From NCBI GenBank assembly GCA_964599405.1, contig CAZRED010000001.1, positions 218,323 through 282,322 on the forward strand: a stretch of 64,000 bases of DNA, read 5' to 3'. A program made the position numbers and the translations under genes. Numbering within the stretch: position 1 is the stretch's first letter; each line of letters opens with the position of its first letter. Below, in pieces: positions 8,131-18,360 of the stretch. A model generated the notes under the pieces. It was not told the origin of the DNA, did no database searches, and was given only the letters and a program-made list of their open reading frames with translations. The stretch is from an uncultured Candidatus Saccharibacteria bacterium (lineage in GTDB: Bacteria; Patescibacteriota; UBA1384; 2-12-FULL-50-11).

Positions 8131-8189
8131 GATTAGAGGACGATTTCGGCTATAAAAGTGTGAAGTGTTACGTGACACCTTACGGTTTC

Positions 8190-8317
8190 GTATCGTAACT
8201 TTTTAGCTGCTCGATTTCTTCTTTGGTTTTGGCTTCGTAGCTACATTGGGAGCAACGGTAAAAGTCATCGATTTTAATCATTGACCCCTTACACCGAGGG
8301 CATTTTTTGTAATGCAT
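8190..8317 (-). CDS. small zinc-ribbon protein (42 aa, CPRC...CSQC), candidate
   Basis: Translated by eye: MHYKKCPRCKGSMIKIDDFYRCSQCSYEAKTKEEIEQLKSYDTKP. It is below the ORF-track size cutoff. Confidence 0.3.
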
Positions 8318-8373
8318 GATTTCTGATTATCTCGGGAACAGGTACAAAGTCAATTATAGTTATCTACTAACTG

Positions 8374-8946
8374 ATGAGTTATGATCACCTCATGAAAAGC
8401 GAGCTACTAATCTTGGCTGAATTTCCCGAGGAAATTTGTTGGCTCGGTAATGAAATACTCCGCCAAAAAGCAGAGTCCCTCACTCAGAATGAAATAAAAG
8501 AGGGGAAAGCTGCAGAAATTACCAAAAGGCTAGAGATAACCCTTAAAAAGATTCAAAAACTTGGCAAGGGTGTTGCCATCGCTGCACCACAAATAGGAAT
8601 CTCTAAAGCAATAATCATTATTTACCTAGAAGATCGGTATATTCCTTTTATAAATCCTGTGATTACCACTGCTTCAGAAAACAAGAACTCTTTTCCCGAA
8701 GGCTGTTTGAGTAGTTTACCGTTAGTGGCTGAAACCATCCGACCGGCAGAAATTGACGTGAAATATTTAGACGCTGAAGGAAAAGAACATTTGGAACATT
8801 TTGATGGCAAGATGGCACGAATGCTCCAACACGAGGTTGATCATCTCAACGGCATTCTGTTTATTGACCGAGCGAACTTAAAGACAGGCCGTTTCATAGC
8901 CGACTGGGATGAGTACAAAGAAACAGCTCAGCTAACTGAAATATAA
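8374..8946 (+). CDS. def: peptide deformylase
   Basis: Motifs GVAIAAPQIG, EGCLS and HEVDHLNG (HExxH). Confidence 0.85.
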   Translation: MSYDHLMKSELLILAEFPEEICWLGNEILRQKAESLTQNEIKEGKAAEITKRLEITLKKIQKLGKGVAIAAPQIGISKAIIIIYLEDRYIPFINPVITTASENKNSFPEGCLSSLPLVAETIRPAEIDVKYLDAEGKEHLEHFDGKMARMLQHEVDHLNGILFIDRANLKTGRFIADWDEYKETAQLTEI

Positions 8947-8996
8947 ACCCCAATGGCTAATTCGACAATTCCAGGTTCGAAAGTACAATTCAAGAA

Positions 8997-9530
8997 ATGA
9001 AGACTCTGCCACGCGAAGAAGCCTCAATGCTTTTTGACGAGTGGTGGAATGATTTTGATAAAGAGTGGTTTAAAATCGAGGTTTTGCAAGACTACTCGGG
9101 TGAAGATAACGGACCTTCACTACAAGCTTGGTTAGAAGGCAAAAAGCAAAAAAGCATTGAGCTAATGAAAGCTACTATGAATATGGAATGGATTGAGAGT
9201 TGCCAAGCCAAAGTTGGACAAGGAGCGAAACTACTTCGTATCCGCCTCATAGGAAATCCTCTCACTCCGTACTCAGAGTGGGAAATGGAACACTATAAAC
9301 ACGTTAATATTCCTCTTTGTGGCGAGGAGGTTTTGCTGATTAATAAAACCGACGCCAATGACCTCTCCCTACCCACTGGAGATGTAATGATTTTTGATGG
9401 GAAGAGGGTTATTAAAAATACTTATACGCCAAATGGCTATATGACAGAGCAAACATTCTATGAGGATGAGGACGTTTCGACCTTTTTAAACCTGAGGGGC
9501 GAGCTACTTAAACGAGCAGTCCCGATCTAA
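8997..9530 (+). CDS. hypothetical protein
   Basis: 177-aa ORF with no recognised motif. Confidence 0.45.
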   Translation: MKTLPREEASMLFDEWWNDFDKEWFKIEVLQDYSGEDNGPSLQAWLEGKKQKSIELMKATMNMEWIESCQAKVGQGAKLLRIRLIGNPLTPYSEWEMEHYKHVNIPLCGEEVLLINKTDANDLSLPTGDVMIFDGKRVIKNTYTPNGYMTEQTFYEDEDVSTFLNLRGELLKRAVPI

Positions 9531-9535
9531 TAGCC

Positions 9536-10138
9536 TTACGTCTTTATCAGTGTGAAAGCGGAAACCAAGAAAAGGATCCCTATAATTATCCTGGCCAAGG
9601 GTTGGGCTAAGACTTTCTCTATTATCATTACTTTTTGGGATGCTTGGGCGATAAAAATAAACCAAAGAGCTGTGAACAGTCCCATCTCTAACGCAACGGC
9701 GAGCTGGAATGATAGATCTACGCCGTTGCTTCCCAGCTGACTAATGACCGCGATATAGAAGAAGACCATTTCAATATTTACAGTGTGGTTGATAAATCCG
9801 GCCAGCAAAGGGCTTATTGTCTGCGTTTTATTCCCGCCTGATTTTGCTACGTGAGGAAAGAAGCAAATAACCGCTTGCCAGATGAGCCAAGCTGCACCGA
9901 GGTACCGAATGACTTTTGCGGCGGAAGGAAAGTAGTCAAAAAAGACGCTTAGCCCAAAGATAGCAAGAATAACGACCAACAAACTTCCCAAGCCAAGGCC
10001 AATAGCAACTAGGCTGCCGTTACGAGAGCCTTCCTGAGACGAGTGCCTCAGAACCAGAAACCAGTCAGATCCCGGAAAGACAATCATCCCTGCCTGGAGC
10101 AGAACAACCGCAATTATTTGTTGCAGTGAATTTTCCAT
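9536..10138 (-). CDS. LysE/RhtB-family amino-acid exporter
   Basis: About 6 TM segments in 200 aa. N-terminal VFPGSDWFLVL resembles the LysE-type translocator PGP motif. Confidence 0.7.
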   Translation of the reverse strand: MENSLQQIIAVVLLQAGMIVFPGSDWFLVLRHSSQEGSRNGSLVAIGLGLGSLLVVILAIFGLSVFFDYFPSAAKVIRYLGAAWLIWQAVICFFPHVAKSGGNKTQTISPLLAGFINHTVNIEMVFFYIAVISQLGSNGVDLSFQLAVALEMGLFTALWFIFIAQASQKVMIIEKVLAQPLARIIIGILFLVSAFTLIKT

Positions 10139-10248
10139 ACTTACTCCATATCGTACTCGTTATTTGATATCGGAGTAGGCCGGAAAACGAGACAAAATGC
10201 AACTTCTTTTTTATAGTGTCTCAAATGTCTCATTTACCCTGATGGGAA

Positions 10249-10270
10249 GTTCTAGACCGGAATGTCCCGC
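10249..10270 (+). repeat. 22-bp direct repeat, copy 1 (GTTCTAGACCGGAATGTCCCGC)
   Basis: Perfect identity with 10719..10740. Lies 43 bp upstream of the peptidase gene start. Confidence 0.9.
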
Positions 10271-10313
10271 CAGTCTTGATAATAAAAATATAAATTCTAC
10301 AATTCGGGGATCC

Positions 10314-10718
10314 ATGGAAAGTGTCACTCAACAAGATAATTATGGTTGTGGGGTAGCTTGTGTCGCCTATATTAGTAAAAGGACTTATCGAGCAACGTTA
10401 AAAACATTAGACGCTAAAGCGGCTAAGACTCGGGGGTTTGCTTGCAAGGATTTGGTTATCGGCTTAAATACCATAGGCCATTCTTATACTTATAGTTACC
10501 TCCCAGGAAAGTTAAAACGAAAAATTTATGCTGATGGTGTTATCGTGTTTATTAAAAGGTCTGAACATTACCCGGCCGGACATTACTTAGTTCGAAGCCA
10601 AAATAAGTGGATGGACCCTTGGCTTAATTTTAAGAAGGATCGAAATATTAAAAAAGCTGAGTCTGGCTATCGAGCTAGGTTACCCGGCAAACCAGTTTAT
10701 GCCTTATTCCCAAATTAG
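10314..10718 (+). CDS. papain-like cysteine peptidase, C39-like domain protein
   Basis: QQDNYGCGVACVAYI matches the C39-family Q...CG(V/P)AC catalytic-Cys motif. The start is taken at the internal ATG with a GGGGA RBS. The track ORF from 10197 would include repeat copy 1. Confidence 0.5.
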   Translation: MESVTQQDNYGCGVACVAYISKRTYRATLKTLDAKAAKTRGFACKDLVIGLNTIGHSYTYSYLPGKLKRKIYADGVIVFIKRSEHYPAGHYLVRSQNKWMDPWLNFKKDRNIKKAESGYRARLPGKPVYALFPN

Positions 10719-10740
10719 GTTCTAGACCGGAATGTCCCGC
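10719..10740 (+). repeat. 22-bp direct repeat, copy 2
   Basis: Begins immediately after the TAG stop of the peptidase gene. Confidence 0.9.
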
Positions 10741-10803
10741 ATTGTTTGCTTCTAATAAATTCTCTATGTATATTCCGGTGAGACACACAGGAGGAATTCG
10801 TCT

Positions 10804-11136
10804 ATGAACCTTATATTTCGAATCAACACTACTGCCGATGACGCGGGTGAAATGCTTGGGTTGGTCAATAAGCTCGAATGGAGGTTAGAAGTCCTCAATC
10901 TTGGAGTGACCATCAAAAAGACCATGGTTTCGTCTCGGAAGAAACGTAACGAACCGCACACTCTAACAGTTGGCGAAAGGGCCGTTCGGGGTGTTGAGCA
11001 AATTGAGGCACTTCTTAGTGATATGCGCCTTAATCCTTACTGGCTTACCGCTGAACAGGCTTCTGTAGAAGTGCGTAAATGGCCGACATGGAAACGTGGT
11101 GACTACTCACATCTCAAGCTTCCCGAAGCAACATAG
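10804..11136 (+). CDS. hypothetical protein
   Basis: 110-aa ORF with an AGGAGG RBS 7 nt upstream. Confidence 0.45.
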   Translation: MNLIFRINTTADDAGEMLGLVNKLEWRLEVLNLGVTIKKTMVSSRKKRNEPHTLTVGERAVRGVEQIEALLSDMRLNPYWLTAEQASVEVRKWPTWKRGDYSHLKLPEAT

Positions 11137-11219
11137 TCCGGAGCCCGAAACGATCTCAACCCGTCCTTCTGGACGGGTTATCCCTTTATTTACGGACAAT
11201 CCTAGTTCATAATCGAACT

Positions 11220-11600
11220 ATGAAAAATCGAGTTGTGCATTTTGAGATTGGAGCAGAAGATCCGAAAGAATTGTCCGAGTTCTACAGAAAAGCGCTGGGC
11301 TGGGAGATTAACGAATGGCCGGGCTCGAATTATTGGATGGTCGGCACGGAGAATGACCGCTCTGTCGGCGCTATCAACGGCGGCATCATGAAGCGCTACG
11401 AGCAAGAAAAAACGATCAACACCATCGAGACCGAAAATATTGAGGCAACAATTAAAGACATAACGGATGCCGGTGGCAAAGTCGTCAAACCTGTTGCCGA
11501 CATGGAAATGGGTGAAAAAGATATAATGCGTTGGTGCTACTGCGAAGACCCGCAAGGCAACATCTTCGGCCTGATGCAGATGGTCAAAACCGCCAAGTAG
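11220..11600 (+). CDS. VOC (glyoxalase/bleomycin-resistance) family protein
   Basis: VHFEIGAEDPKELSEFYRKALGW N-terminal beta-alpha-beta-beta-beta module signature. Confidence 0.7.
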   Translation: MKNRVVHFEIGAEDPKELSEFYRKALGWEINEWPGSNYWMVGTENDRSVGAINGGIMKRYEQEKTINTIETENIEATIKDITDAGGKVVKPVADMEMGEKDIMRWCYCEDPQGNIFGLMQMVKTAK

Positions 11601-11606
11601 GTTCGA

Positions 11607-12199
11607 TGAATCGCTGCTCTTGGCCGGGAACAAACGAGCAGATGATTCGTTACCACGACGAAGAGTGGGGCATGCCCTGCCACGACGATCGGAAACTGTT
11701 TGAATACATCGTGCTCGACACTTTCCAGGCCGGTTTGAGTTGGGCAATTGTGCTGAATAAGCGGGAGGGCTTCCGGAAGGCGTTCGACAACTTTAATCCA
11801 GAGAAAATCGCCCTGTATCACAATATTGTGATACAACGGCTCAAGAACAATCCGGAAATAATTCGCAACAAACTCAAGATTGCCGCGACGGTAACTAATG
11901 CTCAAGCGTTTTTGGCAATCCAGAAGGAGTTTGGCAGTTTTGATAGGTACATTTGGCAGTTTGTTTACCCCGAGCAAGGTCGAGGGGTCGGTGGCAAACC
12001 TCTTGTCAACTCGCCCAAAGAAGATTCCCATATCGCTAGCTCCTCCAAAGAATCCGATGCGATGAGCGCAGATCTGAAAAAGCGCGGCTTCAAGTTTGTC
12101 GGCACCACTATTTGTTATGCCTTTATGCAGGGAGCGGGCTTAGTAAACGACCACACAACTAATTGCTTTCGTTACAATGACCTCAAGAATGCAAAGTAG
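11607..12199 (+). CDS. tag: DNA-3-methyladenine glycosylase I
   Basis: YHDEEWGMPCHDDRKLFEYIVLDTFQAGLSWAIVLNKREGFRKAF matches the Tag family. Confidence 0.85.
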
Positions 12200-12575
12200 A
12201 GACGAAAGCTATTGGAAAGAAAAACTAACCACCGAACAGTACGAAGTGCTGCGAATGAAAGCGACTGATGCGCCGTTTACTGGCGAATTTGTTGACCATC
12301 ACGAAGACGGTAGCTACGCCTGTGCCGCATGCGGTAATGTATTGTTTGAATCGAGCACAAAATACGACTCCCACTGCGGTTGGCCGAGCTTTTACGACGC
12401 CAAAAAGGGTTCGGTTGAGCTCCACAAAGACAATTCTAACGGCATGGAACGAACCGAAGTTATTTGCGTGAACTGCGGCGGACACCTCGGCCACATTTTT
12501 GACGATGGCCCAGCCGAGCACGGGGGAGCCCGCTACTGCATTAACTCCACGGCGCTCAATTTCAAACACCAGTAG
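12177..12575 (+). CDS. msrB: peptide-methionine (R)-S-oxide reductase
   Basis: CAACGNVLF...HCGWPSF...CVNCGGHLGHIFDDGP...RYCINS (SelR/MsrB motifs). Confidence 0.85.
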   Translation: MTSRMQSRDESYWKEKLTTEQYEVLRMKATDAPFTGEFVDHHEDGSYACAACGNVLFESSTKYDSHCGWPSFYDAKKGSVELHKDNSNGMERTEVICVNCGGHLGHIFDDGPAEHGGARYCINSTALNFKHQ

Positions 12576-12578
12576 CCA

Positions 12579-13340
12579 CTAACGAATCCGAAACACCACG
12601 GTTACCGTGTAGGTGACAGTTTCTTCGCCAGTTAGCAGAATCGGAGCAGTAACTGGTGCCGCTTGATCGCTTGATACACCTTTGTTTTCCAGCCCCATTA
12701 TCGGGATTGGACCGCCCCAAAGGGGGTCGGAAACGGAAACGACCCGACCGAGTTTCACGTCCAACTCGTCAGCCGTCTGCGCGGCCTTGGTTTTGGCGTC
12801 AGCTATCGCCTTAGCCCGGGCCTGGGTCTCCAGATCTTTCCGTGTCTCACTACTAAACGTACTTTGCGGGGAAACGCCGTAGAGCGGTGAGGTGGTGACG
12901 AGGTAGTCGAGAACTTTTTGCGCTTGGTCTTTGTCTTTAAGGGTAATTATCAGCGAGAACGTCGCGACATAGCCGCTTGGGTCAGCTATCCCACTCTCGC
13001 CCGGCATCTCAACTGCGTCTCGGGAATAGTCGGGATTACTGCCGGCTGATGTTTTAATTGCCTTCTCGGCCACACCGAGCTCTTTAAGCTTGGCCACAAC
13101 TTCGTTGCCAACTTTGGAGACGGCGGAAATTGCCGCCGTGCTGGTAGTAGCGGACTCTTGATACGACGGGTAAAAAACAAATTCGTTGGGTGTGGCTTTG
13201 ATTGATGCCTCGCCCATAACCGAGATTGTTTGCGTATCAATACCCTGCCAAGGTTGCCAAAAACCAAGCATTGCCACGATAACGACCATTAGAATAGCGC
13301 TGACCAAGCGAAAGTCGATCCGCAATGTTGCTTGATTCAT
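12579..13340 (-). CDS. SIMPL/DUF541-domain periplasmic protein
   Basis: N-terminal TM anchor plus a DUF541-like repeat pattern. Confidence 0.6.
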   Translation of the reverse strand: MNQATLRIDFRLVSAILMVVIVAMLGFWQPWQGIDTQTISVMGEASIKATPNEFVFYPSYQESATTSTAAISAVSKVGNEVVAKLKELGVAEKAIKTSAGSNPDYSRDAVEMPGESGIADPSGYVATFSLIITLKDKDQAQKVLDYLVTTSPLYGVSPQSTFSSETRKDLETQARAKAIADAKTKAAQTADELDVKLGRVVSVSDPLWGGPIPIMGLENKGVSSDQAAPVTAPILLTGEETVTYTVTVVFRIR

Positions 13341-13427
13341 CGTCTAAATATACGCCTAGCGGAGCTATGGCTCAAGGTAATTAAAAAGCGAGACGAACTG
13401 TAAGGTTAGACATGCTACCATAACCCT

Positions 13428-14426
13428 ATGAAGCGGGTTCTGCTCTGGGCACTGGTAGGGTTAGCTGTCATCGCCATTATCGCGACCGTTGCGCTCGTTA
13501 GTAGGAACGATGATAACGAGCCAACTGATAGTAGCGATAAACAGTCTGAACGGTTGGTTGGTGTCAGTTTGTCGCCGAGAAGCTTCGGGGCAAAGGATTA
13601 TTTGGCATTTTTCGACAAAGCCGCCGAAGCTGGCAACGCCTTAAGCTGGGCCGGTCCGTACAGTGATTTGGCAAAAACTACGAATAATCCCGCCGAGACA
13701 GTCCTTGAGCAAAGTAAAAATTCTGGGTCCACCCCCGTTATTATCACTGGGCCAGGTAAAGGAGAGGTTTTTGACGGCATTTTTCGACAAGGGTTTAGTA
13801 GCGCAGTGTTGGAATTTGTGAAAGCCAACGAGGTGCCGTACTTGGGAATTGGTAACGAAATTGACGAGCTTTATCTGGACTCGCCGGCCAAATACGATGC
13901 ATTCATCGCCCTGGCTAACGATTTGGCAAGCCAAGTAAAAATAGCCTCCCCAGAAACGAAGGTGATTACTATTTTCCAGCTGGAACGGATGAAGGGGCTA
14001 AATGGCGGACTGTTTGGTGGCGTTAACAACACCGATAAAAACACAATGGCACTGCTCGACGGCCTGAAAAGCTTTGATATGGTTGCTTTCACTACTTACC
14101 CCTGTTTGATTTATAAATCCCCGGCCGAAATCCCTGAAGAATACTATTCGGATATCGCCAACCACACCGATTTGCCGGTAATTTTCACGGAGGTTGGTTG
14201 GTTTCGGGAAACACCGGTGGCTGGTTGGGAAAGCAGCGAGCAAGAGCAGGCCGACTTTATTTCCCGGTTTGAAGATTTAACCACCCGTCTCAATCCCCAA
14301 CTACTGCTCTGGCCGTTTCTTTTCGACCAAGATATCCCCGAGCCTTTCAAACAAATTGGGCTACTCGGCGTTGAGCAACAGACATCTCTTGGCTATGAAG
14401 CCTGGAAAAGCTACCCGAAACAGTAA
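13428..14426 (+). CDS. membrane-anchored glycoside hydrolase, clan GH-A TIM-barrel type
   Basis: GIGNEID (NE acid/base) and FTEVGW (nucleophile E) motifs. N-terminal signal/TM. Confidence 0.55.
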   Translation: MKRVLLWALVGLAVIAIIATVALVSRNDDNEPTDSSDKQSERLVGVSLSPRSFGAKDYLAFFDKAAEAGNALSWAGPYSDLAKTTNNPAETVLEQSKNSGSTPVIITGPGKGEVFDGIFRQGFSSAVLEFVKANEVPYLGIGNEIDELYLDSPAKYDAFIALANDLASQVKIASPETKVITIFQLERMKGLNGGLFGGVNNTDKNTMALLDGLKSFDMVAFTTYPCLIYKSPAEIPEEYYSDIANHTDLPVIFTEVGWFRETPVAGWESSEQEQADFISRFEDLTTRLNPQLLLWPFLFDQDIPEPFKQIGLLGVEQQTSLGYEAWKSYPKQ

Positions 14427-14427
14427 A

Positions 14428-16776
14428 TTATTTGTCAATCACGTGGCTAAGCAGGAGTTTCCGTTCAACGGAAGCAATTAGTCTGCGAGTGGAGACAGCC
14501 ACATCAGGAGCCACTGATACGGAAGTGGCGCCGGCTTTAACCATTGCTTCGGTAATTTCCGGGTAAACGCTGGGCGCTTGGCCGCAGATTGAGCAGGTAA
14601 CGTGGTGTTTGCGACAAGTCCTGACGACGTGAAGAATTGAGTTCAAAACGGCCGGGTAGCGTTCATCAAACTCACTGGCTAACTTCGCCGAGTCGCGGTC
14701 AATACCTAAGATTAGTTGCGTTAAATCGTTCGAGCCAATTGATACGCCGTCAATTCCTTCGTCAATATAGCGCTCCAGCTCCAACACCGTTGATGGCACT
14801 TCTACCATTATCCAGAGCTTGAAATCCGGCCCTTGGCGCAAACTGTTGTGGTGCATTAAATCACGGACTTTCAAAAACTCTTCAACAGTGCGGACAAAGG
14901 GAATCATTACGTGTAAATTTTTCAAATCCATCCCATCGCGAACGGCTTTGATGGCTTCAATTTCCAGGGCAAATTCATCCGGCTCGGCGATGTAGCGCGA
15001 GGCACCGCGGTAGCCAATCATCGGGTTGTTTTCTGGTTCTTCAAACTCTTTGCCGCCTTTGAGCGAGCGGTATTCGTTGGTTTTAAAATCCGTAAACCGG
15101 TAAACCACTGGGCGGGGGCTGAAGGCTTGAGCAATTGTACCGATCCCCTGGGAAAGCTTTTGAACGTACTCTTTTTCCCGGCCAGCTTTAATCATCGCCC
15201 GGGGATGCTCGCCGATATCGGCCACAATAAACTCGGCTCGCAGTAGCCCAACTCCGTCCACCGGCAACTGGGCATATTCGTCGGCCTTCGACGGCTCGGC
15301 TAGGTTTAAGTAGACCTTAGTGGCGGTGACTGGTACCGTCGTGTCCACGCCGTTGGTGGTGGTGGTTTTTAGGTGATGGCCAGGCGGCTCGGTATGAGCC
15401 GGCACGCCGACTTTGCCCTTGTAAACTTTGCCGGAGGCGCCATCAACGGTAACCACTTGGCCGGTTTTTAGCACGTGCGTTGCCGTGCCAGTGCCAACTA
15501 CGCAAGGGATGCCTAGTTCGCGTGACACGATGGCAGCGTGGCTAGTTCGGCCGCCGGTGTCGGTAACGATCGCTGCTGCTCGACGCATAGCTGGGACGTA
15601 GTCGGGGCTAGTCATCTCCGTTACTAACACATCCCCTTTCTCCACTTTGTCGATGTCTTTCGGATGATGAATTATTTTGACGGGACCAGAGGCCTTACCC
15701 ACGGAAGCGGCGGCACCAGAAACAATTACTTCGACTTTCGCTAAATCTGTCGCTTCTACTTTTTCCGCTCCTGTTGGCGAATCCTTAGCGGACTCCTCTT
15801 TTTTCATGGTTGTAACAGGGCGCGCTTGCACCATATAAAAACTACCGCCTTCCAATGCCCACTCGGTGTCTTGAGGTTTGCCGTAATGCTTCTCTACTTC
15901 CGCACCAAGTTTGGCTAAGGCGATAATTTGTTCGTCGGTTAGTTTTTGACCGGCTTTTTCTTTAGCAGTTAGCGCCACATGCTTGTTAGCGCCCTTCTCG
16001 TCACGGACAATCTGCCATTCTTGGGCACCGATTTCCTTGGAGGTAATCTCCATTTTTTTCTTGTCGATAATATAGTGGTCGGGAGTGACCGAGCCGGAAA
16101 CCACGGCTTCACCCAGTCCCAGCCCGGCGTCGATAACAATTTTCGACTCGTCAGAAGTGACTGGGTCAACGGTAAACATAATGCCGGCCACCTGGCTTTG
16201 AACCATCCGTTGGACTGGCACTGCGATGCCGACTTTAAGGTGGTCGAATTTGTTGACGGTCCGGTAATAAATCGCTCGCGCCTCAAATAGCGACGCCCAG
16301 CACTCCCGAACTGCTCGGATCAGCTTGTTCTTGCCCTCAATATTCAGAAACGTTGCCTGCTGACCTGCAAAAGACGCGTCCGGCAAATCTTCGGCGGTAG
16401 CACTGGAGCGGACCGCTACCGGCCCTTCACCAAGCTCCTTGTAGGCTTTTTCAATTTCGTCCACCAATTTCTTGGGAAGTTCTCGCTCTTTGATGGCCGC
16501 TTGAACATGTTCGGCAATATCGTTGAGTTTTTTGGAGTCTTCCGGGTCGAGATTTTTAGTTTCTTTAGCAATGAAGTGATCCAGACCGTTTTCGCGAACG
16601 AAAGTGGTGTAGGCGGCGGCCGTAATAATAAAGCCTGGCGGCACCGGCAACTTAGCTTTGGTCATTTCACCAAGATTGGCGCCCTTGCCGCCAACCAGTG
16701 GAATATCGTTTTTGCACACTTGCGCAAACCAGACTAAATCCGGTTCTTTTTTCCCTCCGAACATTACATACATCAT
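14428..16776 (-). CDS. ppsA: phosphoenolpyruvate synthase
   Basis: 782 aa. N-terminal ATP-grasp region ...LVGGKGANLGEM. Phospho-His mobile domain GGRTSHAAIVSRELGIPCVVG. C-terminal PEP-utilising TIM barrel. Confidence 0.85.
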   Translation of the reverse strand: MMYVMFGGKKEPDLVWFAQVCKNDIPLVGGKGANLGEMTKAKLPVPPGFIITAAAYTTFVRENGLDHFIAKETKNLDPEDSKKLNDIAEHVQAAIKERELPKKLVDEIEKAYKELGEGPVAVRSSATAEDLPDASFAGQQATFLNIEGKNKLIRAVRECWASLFEARAIYYRTVNKFDHLKVGIAVPVQRMVQSQVAGIMFTVDPVTSDESKIVIDAGLGLGEAVVSGSVTPDHYIIDKKKMEITSKEIGAQEWQIVRDEKGANKHVALTAKEKAGQKLTDEQIIALAKLGAEVEKHYGKPQDTEWALEGGSFYMVQARPVTTMKKEESAKDSPTGAEKVEATDLAKVEVIVSGAAASVGKASGPVKIIHHPKDIDKVEKGDVLVTEMTSPDYVPAMRRAAAIVTDTGGRTSHAAIVSRELGIPCVVGTGTATHVLKTGQVVTVDGASGKVYKGKVGVPAHTEPPGHHLKTTTTNGVDTTVPVTATKVYLNLAEPSKADEYAQLPVDGVGLLRAEFIVADIGEHPRAMIKAGREKEYVQKLSQGIGTIAQAFSPRPVVYRFTDFKTNEYRSLKGGKEFEEPENNPMIGYRGASRYIAEPDEFALEIEAIKAVRDGMDLKNLHVMIPFVRTVEEFLKVRDLMHHNSLRQGPDFKLWIMVEVPSTVLELERYIDEGIDGVSIGSNDLTQLILGIDRDSAKLASEFDERYPAVLNSILHVVRTCRKHHVTCSICGQAPSVYPEITEAMVKAGATSVSVAPDVAVSTRRLIASVERKLLLSHVIDK

Positions 16777-16816
16777 AACGCAGTAGTGCCAGGCCAGGAA
16801 GTTTTTCGCAGCGACC

Positions 16817-17272
16817 TTAATCCTTTTTCAGCACTTCCCTAATCAACGTCCCGGGGAAGCCTCGGCGCTGGAGCAGGTGGACGGATTTTTCGAAGCGTTT
16901 CCGCTCGGTCAGCTCCCGCCATGAGCGCTGTTTGCTCTCTAACAACGATCGGGCGGCGGCTAACTCTTCTTCTTGGTCTATCGCACCAACGGCTTCGTTG
17001 ATAATTTCTTTGGGAATGCCCTTCTGAATTAACTCCAGGGCAATCCGGTGCCGACCCCGACGGTAAAGCCTTACTTTGTCGTGTGAGTAGTTGGCGGCGT
17101 ACTTTTGGTCGTCCAAAAAGCCGATTCTTTCCAAGTCGGCTATGGTTTTAGTAATTTGATCGTCCTCATAACCTTTGTCACGCAGCTTAACTAGCATATC
17201 CCGCTTAGAGCGGGCCCGATTGCGTAGTAAATACAGGGCGTACTGGAGGGGCGGCAGTGGCCGCGAGGCCAT
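16817..17272 (-). CDS. recX: RecA regulator RecX
   Basis: 151 aa, directly downstream of recA, with a RecX-like helical repeat pattern. Confidence 0.75.
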   Translation of the reverse strand: MASRPLPPLQYALYLLRNRARSKRDMLVKLRDKGYEDDQITKTIADLERIGFLDDQKYAANYSHDKVRLYRRGRHRIALELIQKGIPKEIINEAVGAIDQEEELAAARSLLESKQRSWRELTERKRFEKSVHLLQRRGFPGTLIREVLKKD

Positions 17273-18315
17273 TAGTCTGGTTCCACAATGACGCCAAGCG
17301 GCCCGTTGGCGGCCAGCTCGCGAATTTTCTTGTCTAGCACTTCGGCCAGCTTGACGTCACCTTTGAGAAAAGCTTTGGCAGCCTCCCGTCCCTGCCCAAG
17401 CTTTTGCTCTCCGTACTGGAACCAGGCGCCGCTCTTGTCAATCAGGCCGGCTTTCACGCCGAGGTCGAGTAGGTCACCTTCTTTAGATATACCCGAATCA
17501 AACATTAAATCAAACTCGGCCACCCGGAACGGCGGGGCAATCTTATTCTTCACCACTTTCACTCTCACTCGGTTACCGATCGGCGTTTCACCGTCTTTAA
17601 TTTGCTCACTCCGGCGAATATCCAAGCGCACGGAAGCATAAAATTTCAAAGCGTTGCCGCCGGAGGTAGTCTCCGGATTACCGAACATCACGCCAATCTT
17701 GAAACGGATTTGGTTAATAAAAATCAGCGTCGCCTTCGATTTGGAAACGGCACCGGTTAGCTTACGCAAGGCTTGACTCATCAAGCGCGCCTGGACGCCC
17801 ATCATTGAATCGCCCATCTCCCCTTCAATTTCTGCTCGTGGTACCAAGGCAGCTACCGAGTCGACGACCACCACGTCGACGGCGTTAGAGCGAATTAGCG
17901 TCTCCACAATTTCCAGCGCTTGCTCGCCGGTGTCGGGCTGGGAAATCAGTAAGTTCTCTAAATCCACGCCGAGCTTAGCAGCGTAGGTTGGCTCGAAAGC
18001 GTGCTCGGCATCCACTAATGCCCCCATACCACCCCGTTTTTGCGCCGAGGCAATCGCCGAAAGCGCCAACGACGTTTTACCGGAGGACTCTGGCCCGTAG
18101 ATCTCCACAATCCGCCCCCGCGGAAAACCGCCAGCCCCCAATGCTACGTCCAGTGACAGTGAGCCGGTGGGAATCGTTTCAATGTTTAAGTGGGTTTGTT
18201 CACCCAGCTTCATAATCGAACCAGCACCGAACTGTTTTTCAATCTGATCTAACGCCGCCTGGAGTGCTTGATCGCGGCCAGAATGAGCCGATTCGTTTTT
18301 TACTGCCTTAGCCAT
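17272..18315 (-). CDS. recA: recombinase RecA
   Basis: [19 protein letters not shown] (Walker A) and RecA L1/L2 regions. Confidence 0.95.
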   Translation of the reverse strand: MAKAVKNESAHSGRDQALQAALDQIEKQFGAGSIMKLGEQTHLNIETIPTGSLSLDVALGAGGFPRGRIVEIYGPESSGKTSLALSAIASAQKRGGMGALVDAEHAFEPTYAAKLGVDLENLLISQPDTGEQALEIVETLIRSNAVDVVVVDSVAALVPRAEIEGEMGDSMMGVQARLMSQALRKLTGAVSKSKATLIFINQIRFKIGVMFGNPETTSGGNALKFYASVRLDIRRSEQIKDGETPIGNRVRVKVVKNKIAPPFRVAEFDLMFDSGISKEGDLLDLGVKAGLIDKSGAWFQYGEQKLGQGREAAKAFLKGDVKLAEVLDKKIRELAANGPLGVIVEPD

Positions 18316-18360
18316 GTCTTTCTTTTCTAAAGCCCAATGGCGGTTTTGGCAAGAGGCAAG

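Noticed and set aside
11202-12569. Minus-strand ORFs 11202..11747, 11537..12031 and 12225..12569
   Set aside because: Antisense to well-supported VOC, tag and msrB genes.
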